From: Callorhinchus milii
Lineage: Eukaryota
DNA length: 64,000 bases
Assembly: GCF_018977255.1 (NCBI RefSeq)
Contig: NW_024704742.1
Coordinates: forward strand, 69,318,001-69,382,000
Reading direction: 5' to 3'
Under the pieces are notes generated by a model, which worked only from the letters and a program-made list of their open reading frames with translations, had not been told where the DNA came from and ran no database searches. Below are positions 38,301 through 51,720 of the stretch, piece after piece (the stretch's first letter is position 1; every line of letters starts with the position of its first letter). Position numbers and translations under genes: made by a program.

Positions 38301-41300
38301 CGGGAGGAGATTTTGAAATGCCATCTCCATACCTCGTCTCTCACTAGCCAAATGACTATCTTCTGTGCTGTGAATATCTATGGCTGTATGAAGCATGGCG
38401 TGCCCTGGCATCAAGTCTCAGATGAATGTTTAGAGTCACCTGGTTGAGGTAAGTTACCTTGAACATTTGTCCAGTATAGGTTTCAATGTTTGCCTCTTTC
38501 CCCAGAGTAAACTCGTTGACGTGTTGTCTGTTGTTAAGTCTGGTCATCATTTTGAAATGGTCGCCTTTTTGGATGATATCGGTCACCCAGCCAATGGCCT
38601 TAGTTTGCTCAATGTCTTCATTTGAGACACCTAGAAATAAACAGATATCATTTAAAAGGGTCAATTGTACCCAATTACCTAACTCCATATTAACCTGTCT
38701 GCTTCCTCCCACCATCGGCGGTCAGGCCTACTGCGTCTCTGCCCCCATCCTTTGGAATTCCTCCCCACGGTCCCTTCCTCACTCCCTCCCTTGCCTCCTT
38801 CAAGGCAAGTTTCAAGATCTTCTTCTTCGACCTGCCTTCAGTCACCCTCCTTTGACTAACCAGCGCCTTAGAATGTCCTCTCGACGTAAAAGGTGCTATA
38901 CAAATGCAATTTGTTGTTCTTGTATTTATTTGTGGATTTCTTAACACAACAATTAAGGACTTTTTCCAATGGAGCAGAATAAATATTATTACATTTACAT
39001 ATTTACATTTAAATATTACATTTGATACAGGGCCTTTTCACGTTGTTGCGACATCTGAAAATACTAAATAATAATTCTTGGATTTGATGTAGCGCCTTAT
39101 CATATCATTGAGATGTCTCAGAGTGCTTTATAGGAAATCCACAAGATTAGAGCTCATGGAATTAAGGGGAATATATTAGCATGGATTGAAGAATGACTGA
39201 CAGGAAGATAACAAAGAGTAGGGCTAAATGGGTCCTTCTGAGATTGGCGGGATGTGACTAGTGGAGTGCCACAAGGATCAGTGCTTGGGCCTCAACTATA
39301 TACAATCTACATCAATGATCTCGACGGGGACATCGAACTTAATATATCTAAATTCGCGGATGACACTAAACTAGGAGGGAGAGTAAACACCGAGGATGAC
39401 ATTAAAAAAAGGCAACGAGATATAGATAGGCTAGGTGAGTGGGCAAATAGGTGGCAGATGAAGTATAATATTGGGAAGTGTGAGGTCATCCACCTTGGTG
39501 GCAAAAACAGAAGAGCAGATTATTTTTTAGAAGGGGAAAGAAGGGCAGGTACAGCAAGCAATCAGGAAGGGGAGAGACAAGATAGTGTTAGTGTTCAGAG
39601 GGACTTGGGCATCCTTGTACACCAGTCACAAAAAGTTAGCTTGCAGGTATAGCAAGGAATCAGGAAACCTAACAGTATGTTGGCATTTGTTACAAAAGGG
39701 TTAGAATATAAGAGTGAAGTCTTGCAGCCACTGCATAGGGCCCTGGTGAGACTGCACCAAGAGTATTGTGTGCAGTTTTGGTCTTCTTGTTTAAGAAAGG
39801 ATGCACTCGCCTTGAAGGGGTACAATGTAGATTCACCAGGGATGAGGGGGATGAGTTATGAGGAGAGGCTGAGTAATTTAGGCCTATATTCTCTGGAATA
39901 TAGAAGAATGAGAGGTGATCGTATAGAAACCTATAAGATTATTAAGGGGCATGACAGAACAGATAGTGGGAGACATTATTCCCTGGTTGGAGAAACTATA
40001 ACCCGGGTACACAGTCTTAAAAAATTTTTCACACTGCCTTGAGGAAAAATGTCTTCACTCAGAGGGTAGTGAATTTATGGAATGCTCTACCCCAAAGGGC
40101 TGTAGATGCTCAGTCCTTGAACATATTCAAGACCGAGGTTGATAGATTTCTTGTGGATAAAGGGATTAAGTGATATGGGGATAAGGCGGGTGGGTGGAGT
40201 TAGAATAGATCAGCTATGATCTTATTGAAAGGCGGGGCAGGCTAGAGGGGCCGAATGGCCTACTCCTGCTGCTAATTCTTATGCTCTTATGATATACTGT
40301 AAAGTGAAGAGACTTGTGTATTTTTGTGGGTGAATGTGGCAGACAATTTGCACTCAGCAACATCCCACAAAGAGCCATGAAGTGAGTAATCAATTATATT
40401 TGAGGGATTGTCGGTCAGGATCCCAGGAGAGAGAAACTCCTTTCTCTTTTCAGTCAGTGCCATGGGACCATTAACATCCACCTGAACAGGCAAAGGGGAC
40501 CTTGGTTTAACATCTCATTTGAAGGATGGAACCCCAGCATTCCATTTGAGTTTCAGGCTAGGCTATATGGGTTTCAAGTCCTAATGTAGGACTTCAAGCC
40601 ACAACCTTCTGACTGAAAGTAGATAGTGCTACCAATTGAGCCAGGCTGATGCTTCAGAAGGGATTGATAGTGCTTTGCTGGAGCACCACAAAACTGCCAA
40701 ACAGGGCAACAAATATCCTTCAGTTTGGTGGTGGGCAGCTGGTGGGGGCACAGTTGCAAGATTGCTGATATGCTGGATTATCAGATGAAATGTTAAACAA
40801 AGGTCCATCTATTCCTGTTCAATTCCTTTCATGCTCTGGCACCTTCCTACCTCTCCAACCTGCTTACTCCTGAACCCACTACCCGTTGCTTCCCCTCGAC
40901 TGGCTCCGGCCTCCTGCTTGACCCCTCCTTCGCCATCTTCAGGTCCTGCCTGAAGGCTCTTAGACTCTTCAGCTGTGCCTAGGGTCACCTACCCCTGAGC
41001 TCAGTGTCATGCTTTACCACTGTCAAGCACTCTGGGATGCTATATAAATGCAAATTGTTATTGTTAATGGTAAGGATCCCATGGTGCTATTCGTAAAGAG
41101 AAGGTGCAAACAATCCCCAGATAAAATTGATTACTCACTCCATGGCTGTTTGCGAAGGCGGGAGGTAAAGACTTGTGTTGTTTGGATGGGTTGGGTTGTT
41201 TTGCCCTTCTCTGGGCTGGATTTGGTTCCGTTTGGTTGGTTCCTTTTCTAGATTTCATAACACTGGGCTGGGTTACTGCACCCCCCAACCCGCCTCACCC

Positions 41301-42304
41301 ACAAACACACCCCAACACACACGCATACTATTTCTACTACTTTCCCACTGTGTAATTCATTGCACACAACGTATCTGTTCTGCCATATTCGGTGCATATA
41401 TCTACGTTAGTCTCACATTTTCAAATGTAACAGTTGCTCTGTGTATGTTCTTAAACTACCAGCAACAGTCTGTGAAGGTGAATGTTTGTTCTCAGAGATG
41501 AGTCGCATCAAAAACTCAGTCACATCAACAATGATCCAGGATAGATTGAATGCCATCGCAATCCTATCTATTGCGCACGGTTTGACACATTCACTAAGTT
41601 TTGATCAAACCCTGGGTTTGCTGATTCCTAACGGGTAGTGTGGTCCCAGCTGGACAAGCAGCGGTAAAGCTTGCCAGACAGTTCTCTCAATGGCAAGCTG
41701 TGCAGCTTTAACTGGTTAAACTTCAGCAGGTACCCCATCACACGCTCTTGGGTCCTCAAGCCTTGGATCTTATCAGAGGATGCCTGGTACTCTTCGGAAT
41801 TAGATAAGCGGCATTCAGCTCTCCAAGGAAATAGTGTACATTCCATTCTAATACATGAGAATTTCCACGTGTAGAAGGGATGCATGGAATATTGCTACGT
41901 ATTTTATAGTTGAGCATAAGTAGCCAATTTGCGCACAACAATGTCCCACAAACAGCCGTGAAATGAAGTGTCACATCAAACGTAGCAGTGCTCCCCCCTC
42001 CCCCCCAACACTGCAGCCACTACACCCTGAAATTCTGGAACACTCTCTCTCAATCCTTCCACCTTGTCCCCTCCTTCCCCATCTTCAAGTTGCGCCTGAT
42101 GACCTTCCTCTTCGACCTAGGGTCAACCCCCCTTTCCCCTGGCTCGGTGTTGTGCTCCACCACTGTCAAGCGCTCTGGGACCCTGCATGAGGGGAGCTAT
42201 ATAAATGCAAATTGTTGTCGTCAGCCCAGACACTCACCAATAGCTCTCATAAATGGTTCAAAGTTCTCCTGACTCTCTAGTTCATACTGCCCAGTGAAGG
42301 CCAT
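35298..42304 (-). CDS. fabp1: FABP1-like fatty acid-binding protein, copy 3, 4 exons, 128 aa, intact
   Basis: Exons 42304-42238, 38630-38458, 36730-36638, 35351-35298. Protein MAFTGQYELESQENFEPFMRAIGVSNEDIEQTKAIGWVTDIIQKGDHFKMMTRLNNRQHVNEFTLGKEANIETYTGQMFKVTINSDGPTKLVGKMEHIKTVTELKGNKLISTMTDGDIVYKSVSIKVK. AATAAA at 35251-35256 (minus). Confidence 0.93.
36638..36730 (-). CDS. fabp1: copy 3 exon 3
   Basis: 93 nt, AG/GT flanks. Confidence 0.92.
37003..37322 (-). mobile_element. tRNA-derived SINE in intron 2 (also 53703-54022)
   Basis: Reverse head GAGCTACAGGACTCC; (AAT)n tail. Confidence 0.85.
38458..38630 (-). CDS. fabp1: copy 3 exon 2
   Basis: 173 nt, AG/GT flanks. Confidence 0.92.
39135..40291 (+). 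mobile_element. CR1 LINE, degenerate, intron 1 of copy 3
   Basis: SGVPQGSVLGP, KFADDTKLGG, CR1 3' tail. Confidence 0.92.
41395..41612 (+). mobile_element. hAT transposase C-terminal dimerisation domain relic in intron 1 (internally deleted versions at ~1705-1855, ~22840-22985, ~58625-58775)
   Basis: FSNVTVALCMFL / LPATVCEGECLFSEMSRIKNSVTSTMIQDRLNAIAILSIAH matches the hATC pattern P.T....ER.FS....IK...RSTM.Q.RLN.LA.LSIE. Confidence 0.8.
42238..42304 (-). CDS. fabp1: copy 3 exon 1
   Basis: 67 nt, GTGAGT donor. Confidence 0.92.
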
Positions 42305-45300
42305 GACTATGGTTCTCTTCTCTGCCTCTCTCTAATGGAGCAGAAGGCCCTTTCTCAAATCGTTGCTTTCCTTTGAGGGGATTGAGGCTTTGCTGTACGT
42401 ACATTGATAACCCAGTGGTTTGATTGTGACTCACGTTCGATTGTTATTTCATTGTCTTGTTTTATTACTGACACAGCAATGCTCTTGTAGCCCTCCTCCT
42501 CCCTCACCCACCATCCTCCTGCCTTCAGATTTGCCTCCTGTCCTGAAGGCAAGTCTGCTAACCTCAGTTCTCTCTGTCTTTGGCCAAGCTGCACATGTTT
42601 AGGGTACCTACCTTCAAAGACATCTTATGCTGTTTTTACCAGTTACCTTGATTGTGACGCTCCAACTCCAGACTCCCCCGCCCCCACTCACGATTGGGTA
42701 CTTAATCCCTCCAAAACCAAGAACAATAATAAATTGGTCATTTTCAGTCTACGACTGTTTGTGGGACATTGTTGTGCGCAATTGGCTGCCGCGTTTGCCC
42801 ACAAATATATAGTTAATTCACTCTACAGTGTGTTCTGTGAAGCGATTTGGGACATCCTCCCGACGTGAAAAGCGCTATATCAAATGCAAGGATTATTATT
42901 ATTACTATTATTATTATTATTATTAATGGGTGGATGGGTTTGGGGGTTGCCAAACAGTCCGTCAATTGTTGCCTTGGCCATGAGCATCCTTTTCAACTCC
43001 AGCTACTTCCCCTTTATCGGGTCCTTCATCTTCTTCTTTTTCTTGTTTTTTTTGTGGCCTCTTGTCAGCCACCATCCACTGTCTGTCTTCTTTGGGGCTT
43101 TATTGCTCCTCATCTGGATTAACATGAGGAGGGGAGATGTCTATGCTCCCCCTGTGAATCCCAATGTTGAAGTGTTGGGAGAGTTGGATCAAGTTCCCCT
43201 AGCTGTCCCAGTGGAGGCTATTAATCATGGTCGAAGAGGAAGGTTTTCAGGGGGGACTTGAAATAAAGGGGAGAGAGGGGTCAAGACGGAGGGATTGAGT
43301 GAGAGTGGTCCAGAGTTTTGGGGCGTAGTGGCTGAAAGTGGAACTTCAGATGGTGGGGTTGGAGGGTGCAATGGACAAACAGGAGGCCAGCGCTAGTCGA
43401 GCGGAGGCGCCAATTAGGGGAGTGGGGAATGAGGAGGTTGAAGAGGTAGGGTGGTTCCAGAGAGTGAAGGGATTTGAACACGAGTGTGAGGATCTTTAAG
43501 TCGATCCTTTCAGTGATGGGGAGCCAGTGGAGGTTGAGGAGTCCTGATAGGGGCTGGTTGTGGGGAGGAAGGACAGCTGGGGGCCAAACCAAATGCCTAG
43601 AATGCGCACTAGGTCGGTGAGTCTGAGGGAGAGCCCAGGGAGGTTGAGGAGTTCAAATCCACAGGAGTGAAGACGTTGATGGGAGCCAAGGAGTATGGCT
43701 TCCGACTTGTCCACATTCAGCTGTAGGAAGTTTACACTGATCCAGACTCTGATGTCTGCCAGACACACTGATAGAACCTCAGCGGATCTAGAGTTGGTAC
43801 TGGAGGATGCAAAGTAGATTTGTGTGTCATCCGCATACATGACACTGAAACAGTCACTACAATTCTCAACAATTTCCCATAAAGTGTTTCAATGTAAGGA
43901 TCATTATTATTTGGCAACTTGGCTCAGTGGGCATCTCAGAGCGTTTAACAGTGGCGGAGCCTGACTCCGGGCTGGGGGGAGATGGTGGCCATGAGCACGG
44001 TTGAACAGGAAAGTTTTCAGGCAGGACGTGAAAAAGGGGGAGAGAGGGTGCAAGGCAGAGGGATTGAGAGAGAGTGTTTCAGAGGCTTGGGGTGCAGTGG
44101 CTGAAAGCACAACCTTCAATGCTAGGTGGAGGGTGTGAGGGATGAGCAGGAAGCTGGTGCCAATCGAGCAGAGGCGCTGGATGGTGGATTGGGAAGTGAG
44201 GAAGTCGGAGAGGTAGAGGAGTGAATGGATTTGAGTTTGAGGATTTTGAAGTCTATCCATTCGGTGATGGGGAGCCAGTGGAGCCAAGCCAGAACTGGTG
44301 AGATGTGGGTACAGAGTTTGGTCCAGGTCAGTATGCAGGCAGCAGAGTTTTGATTGAACTCGATCTTGTGAAGGGTGGAGCTGGGGAGATCGGGGAGGAG
44401 CGCGTTGGAGTAATCCAAGCGGGAGGTGAGAAACTCATGTGCGAGGGTTTCGGCGGCATTTGGGGTAAAGTAATGTCGGAGATGGGCAATATGGCGGAGG
44501 TGGTAGAAGGATGTGATGGGGGGACATGGAAGGACAGTTGGGGGTCAAACTGGATGCCGACGTTGCGCACTGGTTCAGTGAGTTTGAGGAAGAGCCCAGG
44601 GAGATTGAGCAGTTTAGATCCGCAGGAGAAAAGGAAGTTTCTATCCCCTCCCCCTCCCTGCTGGTGTCCTGGCAGACAATCCTCAATAAAAATTAATCAT
44701 TCACTTCATGGCTGTTTGTCGGACTTTGCTGTGTGGAAATTGGCTACAGAATATTAAGCAACAAAGTCAACTCAAGTTCAGGGTTGCAAAGGACAATTTC
44801 AAGACAGACGTCCGGCTGAATCAATAGAACATTTAAAAAGGAACTGGTTAGCAGAAAGCAAAGAGTAGTGGTGAACTATTGCTATTCTGATGAGAGGGAA
44901 GTGTGCAGCTCCTGTTAAACCTGCAAGCCAAAGCCCTAAACGGTAGCGTGGTCCAAGCTGAACAACCGGTGAGAAGCTTGCCAGGCAGTGCTCTCAATGG
45001 CAAGCTGTATTAACCAATTCAACTCCACTGTTAACCCCACAAACACACATCTAGGGCTCTTTGCCAATCTGTGTCTGAACATTTCTGGGATGGGATGCTT
45101 GCAGGACTTCCTCCCAACGTTCAAGGCGCTCTGTAAATGTCATTTTGTTGTTGTTGTTTTTACCTTTCCCATTGACTCCACTTTACATTTACCAATGGCT
45201 TCTCCTCCAGCCCTTGCACCATTACATGCAGCATTCCCCAGGGCTCTGTCCTTGGTCCTATCCTTTTTACCTGCTCCCTCTTGGTGACATCATCCGCAGA

Positions 45301-46655
45301 CATGGGGTCAACTTCCAAATGTATCTCTCTGCCTCCACCCTTGACTCCAGGACCACTGCTGTCCTGACAGACTGTCTGTCAGACATCAAATCTTTCTTCT
45401 GTTGAACGCCAACAAGACCGAGGCTCTCCTGATTGGTGCCCATCACTATTCAAGCAATGACAGTATCACTTTCCATGGATTCATACTCCACCTTACGAAG
45501 CCAGTACAGAAATCTTGTGGCTTGTTTGACCCTCAACTGTCCTTTAAACCTTATATCTGTACCTTGACTCGCTCTGCCTTCCCCCACCTCTGCAACATTG
45601 CCCAACTCCACCAATTCCTCTTCCCTCTGGCTGCCGAGACCTTCGTCCACACTTTCATCACTTCCAAGCTTGAATACGCTAACACCCTGCTCACCAGACT
45701 TCCTAATTCTTTCCTCCAGAACCTGCAGATCATTCAGAACTCTACAGCTCACGTCACCTGCTAAAACTAAGTTCTGTGACCTGATGACCCCCATCCTTCA
45801 CTGGTCACCCCAGAGGTCCGAGTTCAAGATCCTTCTCCTCATTTTTAAAGCCCTCCATCATCTTGCTCCTCCCTACCTCTGTGACCTGCAAAATCTTTAA
45901 CAACGTGTCTGCATTCTCCACATGGTGGGCACTCACATTCTTCACAACCCCTGCCCTGCCCGCTCCACCATCGTTGGTTGGGCCTATAGTCTTTCTGCAC
46001 TCACCTCACCATCGCAGAGCCCCTCCGCCTCGCCCACTCTCTTTCCTCCTTTGTGGCCCATCTCAAGGTTGTCACTTCCCACTTGGATTACTCAAACTCA
46101 CTCCTAGCAGTTCTCCTCAGCTCCACTATTCAAAAGATCCACCTCATTCAGAACTCTGCTGCCCACATACTGACCTGGACCAAACTCCGTACCCACATGT
46201 CACCAGTTCTGCCCAGGCTCCACTGGCTCCCCATCACCGAATGGATCGACTTCAAGATCTTCACACTCTTGTTCAAATCCATTCACTCCCTGGCACCTCC
46301 CTACCTCTCTGACATCCTCACTCCCCAATCCACCACCTGGCATCTCCGCTCGACTGGCACCAGCCTCCTGCTTGTCCCTTGCACCCTCCACCCCACCATT
46401 GGAGGTTGTGCTTTCAGCCACTACACCCCGAAGCTCTGGAACACACTCCCTCAATCCTTCCGCCTTGCCACTCTCTCCCCCTTTTTCAAGTCCCACCTGA
46501 AAACCTTCCTTTTCGACCGTGCTTACGGCCACCTTCTCCCCATCCCCAACCACCGGCTCGGATTCAGGCTCCGCCTGCCACTGTTAAGGCTCTGAGATGC
46601 TACCCTGTGTGGAGGACTCTATATAAGTGCAAATTGTTGTTATACTGCCTGAAGT

Positions 46656-47960
46656 TCAGGGTGTAAATTCAGGTAGTGGTAGTTTTATTTTTACACACAA
46701 CACTGCAATAATCGCGCAGCGCCCTTTGCTTTTTGTACAGCTGATCCCTTTGCTGACGCTTCTATACAGGAGTTGTCCGATTTTCCTTATCTGGAATGAG
46801 ATAATTTTCATTATTTGGAACGATACCAAACATTTACTGAGCATTAATAATAACATAATAATCCTTTCATTTGATATAGTGCCTGATCATGTCCTCGAGA
46901 GAGCACCAAATATATTATAAAATAAACTGTTTACTTTCTGGGTGAAATGTGGCAGCCAATTGCACACAGTCGTGTCCCACAAACAGTCATGGATTGAGTG
47001 AACACATCATAATTTTTTAAATTTATTTTACACTTCACTCATGACACTTTACAGTGAATCCTGCAAAGAGCTTTGAGACAGTTGCCATATCAAACACACA
47101 CTTAAGAGACTTTTAAGTACAGAGACAGGTTTCCTGTCGCATGTCGCATACCGGTGGGATGGAAAGAAAAAAGATTAGATGGAATTTCAGGCCTGCTCAG
47201 TGCCCCCCATCAGACGATTATCTTTTGGAGTCCTGTAGCTCAGTTGTTAGAGCGCTCACCTCATAAGTGAGAGGACCTGGGTTCGATTCCCAGGCAGAGT
47301 GAAACGTTGGGCAGGTTTCCTTACTCCACGTGCCTCTGTTTATCCAGTAGTAAGTAGGAACCAAGTTGTTAGTCATAATCCCTTAAAAAAGAAACTTGGT
47401 CACTTCAAACCACGACTGTTTGTTGGCCACTGCTGGGCCCAATTGGCTGCCGCGTTTCACCCACGAAATATGCAGTCAATTTACTTTACAGTATATTCGG
47501 TGAAATGCTTTGAGACGCCTCGAAGATGTGATAAGCTGCCATATCAAATGCAAGGATTATTATCTTTCTAGCGTTTGAGTGCCGGCTCAATGTGCTGACT
47601 CGGCATCTCACGCGCTGACAATCAGCCACCAGGAACTGAGCAATAAGAACATAAGAACATAAGAATTAGGAGCAGGAGTAGGCCATTCGGCCCCTCGAGC
47701 CTGCCCCACCATTCAATAAGATCATGGCTGATCTTCAGACTTAACTCTAATTACCTGCCCTATCCACATATCCGCTATTCACTCTGTTTTTTAAAAATCT
47801 TTCAGTCTCAGCCTTCAGACTGATAGATTTTTAAAAAATAGAGGGATGACGCTCAGCAGTCAGTGGGTGAACTTGGTCAGAGGATAAAGGTTAAGTCTGA
47901 ATCACAAGGAGTGCTCCTGTTACTTGGGTAAGGAATAAAGTGCTCACTCAGTCATTGAAA
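46656..47960 (-). pseudogene. Relic FABP 3' half, unit C
   Basis: Exon-4-like IRKIGQLLYRSVSKGI from 46790. Confidence 0.7.
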
Positions 47961-50900
47961 TCTTCAAACAGAAAGTAGTAGTAGACCACTTAGTTGGTTC
48001 CCACATTTTGCTACTTTGAGACAGATCTTTTCCTGATCACCCACCTACCCCCGGCTCCAACCCCCAGCTCGGGTGCAGCGTCAAACAGGATGCGAACCTC
48101 CATGGGAGAGAGTGCGCACTCCACTACTAGACACGGGTAAATTTCCACGCACATGTGGAACTCTCAGTAGTATGGTCGGTCTTAAGCACGGTGATAGGTT
48201 TCCACATGATTTGATGATTTTGTAATCATTTTTATTTGATGTTGAATATGCATCACAATACACAAGCAAAGAGACAAAAGCCATGTGCAGCAGAATTAAT
48301 CTCACAAAACTCAGCTGCTTACGTACGTGGAGTCCTGTAGCTCAGTTGTTAGAGCACTCGCCTTGCAAGCGAGACACTTGGGTTCAATTCCAGGCAGGGC
48401 AAAACCTTGGGCAAGTTTCCGTACTCCACACACCTAATAATAATCCCTCCAAAACACAATGCAATAATAAATTGGTCATTTTCAATCCACGACTGTTTGT
48501 GGCACACCGCTGTGCGCAATTGGCTGCGTTTCGCCCACAAATATACAGTCAATTCGCTTTACAGCATATTCTGTGAAGAGCTTTGAGACGTCTGGAAGAC
48601 GTGAAAAAGCACTATATCAAATGCAAGGATTATGATTATTATTATTATTATTATTCTCATCAAACTCTGCTGCCTCATCACCCAGTCCTGCCAAGCTTTG
48701 CTGGCTCCATGTTTCCCCACTGATTGACTTCAAGGTCCTCACTTCACCCTCACTAGATCTCCTCCAGCCCTATTCCTCTGCTTGTTCCCCTCCGCTCAGC
48801 TAACTCGGGGGCCCCTGTGGTTCCCACCCACCCCGGTTTAACGTCTCATCTAAAGGACGGCCCCTCCAATAATGCAACACCCCGAGTGTCCAGCACTGCT
48901 TTCGAATCCCCCAGTCTCGCCGCAAAGGCCATAGGTCCCTGATCCCTGGGGCCAACCTCTCCTCCCTCATCCATAGCTCCACCCACCCTGTCTGTCCTTC
49001 CCCTCCCCCCCTTGACCCCACATTCTGCTACCAACTGTCGCCTCTGCATCAGCCAACAAAATGTCCGCTCCCTCTCCAATAAAACACTCACCATCCAAGA
49101 TCTCATTGTCGACAATAACATCGACATTTTCGCCCTCACTGAAAACAGGATCACTCCAGGGGACACCTTTCCTCTGATAGAGACCAAACCACCCTGCTAC
49201 ACTTTCCATCATAGCCCACAACATAACCACCTTGATGGCGGTGTGGCTCTCATCTCCCGGTCCCCGCTCAGCCTATTTCCTACTCTGGAAACGTCCCCTC
49301 CTTTGAGCACCTTATTCTTTATCCTCCAAACTTTCCCTCAAAATTCTCCTTATCTATTGTCCCCACAAGGCCTCCCCCATCTTCATCCCCGACATTTCCA
49401 CTCTTCTATCATCTCTCTCCCTTCTGCTCTGAACACGTCCTCATCTTAGGGAAATTCAACCTTCACTTCACCCCCTCCTGCTATACCTCTGCTGAATTCT
49501 CCTCCCTTTTCTCCTCCCTCAACTTCTCCTCCACATCCACTCTGCAACCCATGTCCGCAGTCACCCCCTCAACCTGGGGGTGCATCAGCAGATCTGGCTG
49601 GATGTTATCATCTCTTATCGCTCCTCCTTTAAATCGTCGTTCTAACTCCAAAACAATCTTGGAGGCCAAGGACAAGCCCAGGCTCCTCTTCTCCATCTCC
49701 AACCGAATCCTCTGCCCACCCTCTCATGTTTCACCAATCCTCATCTCCAATGCCAACTGAGAGGCGATGCTGGACTTCCTTGAATCCAAAGTTGAGGGAT
49801 CCACTCAGCTGCTTCTGCCCTTCTGTCTACTACCACCTCACATCTTCCCTTCCCACTCTGGCCCCTACCCATCACTCCCTCCACACCTTCGAAGTTGTTT
49901 CCCACTCCTCTCTCCACCAATATAACCTGCATGAAACCAACCACTTGCTACCTCGACCCCATCCCTACCCCTCTCCTTACCTCACAGCTCCACCTCCTTG
50001 ACTCTCTACTCATAGACATCATAAACCTCTCCAAGTCCACTGGCACTATTCCCAGTCCTTTAAAAATGGCCATCATCACTCCTATCCTTCAAAAACCCTG
50101 ACTGGACCCATCCCTGCTCTCAAACTACAGCCCCATCTCCAATCTCCCTTTCCATTTCCAAGATCCTGGAGTGAGTCATTGCTTCCCAGCTTCGCTCCTT
50201 CCTCTCCTGCCACTCCCTTCTCGAACCCCTCCAGTCGGTTTCCATGCTGCACATAGCACAGAAAACAGCCCTGGTCAAAGTGACAAATGACATTCTGTCC
50301 ATCTGCGACCAGGGCTCCCTCTGCCCCCTTGTCCTCATTGACCTCTCTGCTGCCTTCGATACCAGTGACCCCTCTATCCTCATCCACCACCTCCCCTCTC
50401 ACCTCAACCTTCATGGTTCTGTCCTTGACTGGTTCAGACCATTCCTCTCACACTGTCTCCATTTCATCTCCATAAACGGTTTCTCCTCCAAGCCACTGCA
50501 CAGTCTTGTGCAGCGTTCCTCAGGCTCCGTCCTTGGTCTGTCTTGCCCTATCACTCTTCAATATCTATATGCTCCCTCTTGGTGACATCATCCATAGACA
50601 CGGGGTCGAATTCCACATGTATGCAGATGACACCCAACTCTACCTCTCCCCCTCACTCTTGACTCCAGGACCACTGCTGTCCTGACAGAATGTCTGTCAG
50701 ACATCAAGTCCTGGATGAGAGCGAACTTTCTTCTGTTGAACGTCAACAAGACCGAGTCTCTCCTGATTGGCTGCTGTCAGAGCCTCCGCATTTCAGGCGC
50801 TGATAGCATCACCATCCAAGGATGCACACTCCACCTTGCTAAGCCAGTCCGGGACCTTGGCGTCTTGTTTGACCCTCAACTATCCTTTCTCTCCCACATC

Positions 50901-51666
50901 CAAGCCATGACCCTCTCTGCCTTTCCTCACCTCTTCAACATCGCCTGGCTCCACCGCAGGACGCTGAAACCCTCACACATGCATTCAGAACATCCAGGCT
51001 TTACTATGCAAACTCACTGCTTATTGGCCTCACCAACTCCTCCCTCCATAGGCTGCAGGTCATCCAGAACTCTGAAGCCGGTGTCCTCTCCCGTACCAGG
51101 CTCTGTGACCCTATCACCCCCATCCTTGCTTGACTCCGCTGGCTTCCCATCACTCAGAGGATACAATTCAAATTCCTGGTCCTCACCTTCAAAGCCCTCC
51201 ATGGCCTTGCATCACCCTACCTCTGCAACCTCCTGAGCCCCTACAATCCTTCCAGCTCCCTCCGCTCAGCGGGCTCTGGCCTGCTTCACATCCCCTGCCC
51301 ACCTATGGCAGGCGGGCCTTCAGCCACTCTGCCTCCACCCTCTGGAACACCATCCAACAGTCCCTTCTCCTCGCCCCCATCCTTGCCTCCTTGAAGACCC
51401 ATCTTAAGACCCTCCTCTTCGATGGTGCTTTCAATCATCCTGCTCCCCCCCCCGCCCTCCACCCTCCCCAATCCCGACCCCCAGCTCGGATCCGAAATAC
51501 TGACTGTCCAGCGCTTTGGTATGTCCTCCCGATGTGAGAAGCGCGATACAAATGTAATTTTGTTGTTCTTGTTGTTAATCTGACATAACGTTGTACTATA
51601 CTGAAGTAGAATTGGTAGTTTTATTTTGACAGACAGTGTTGTATAATTAACTACACAATGTCCCTT

Positions 51667-51720
51667 TCACTTGACCTTTTTGCTGACAGACTTGTAGACG
51701 ATATCTCCATCAATCATTGT
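51667..51720 (-). CDS. fabp1: copy 4 exon 4 (coding part)
   Basis: 54 nt ending in TGA. Confidence 0.92.
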   Translation of the reverse strand, partial: TMIDGDIVYKSVSKKVK

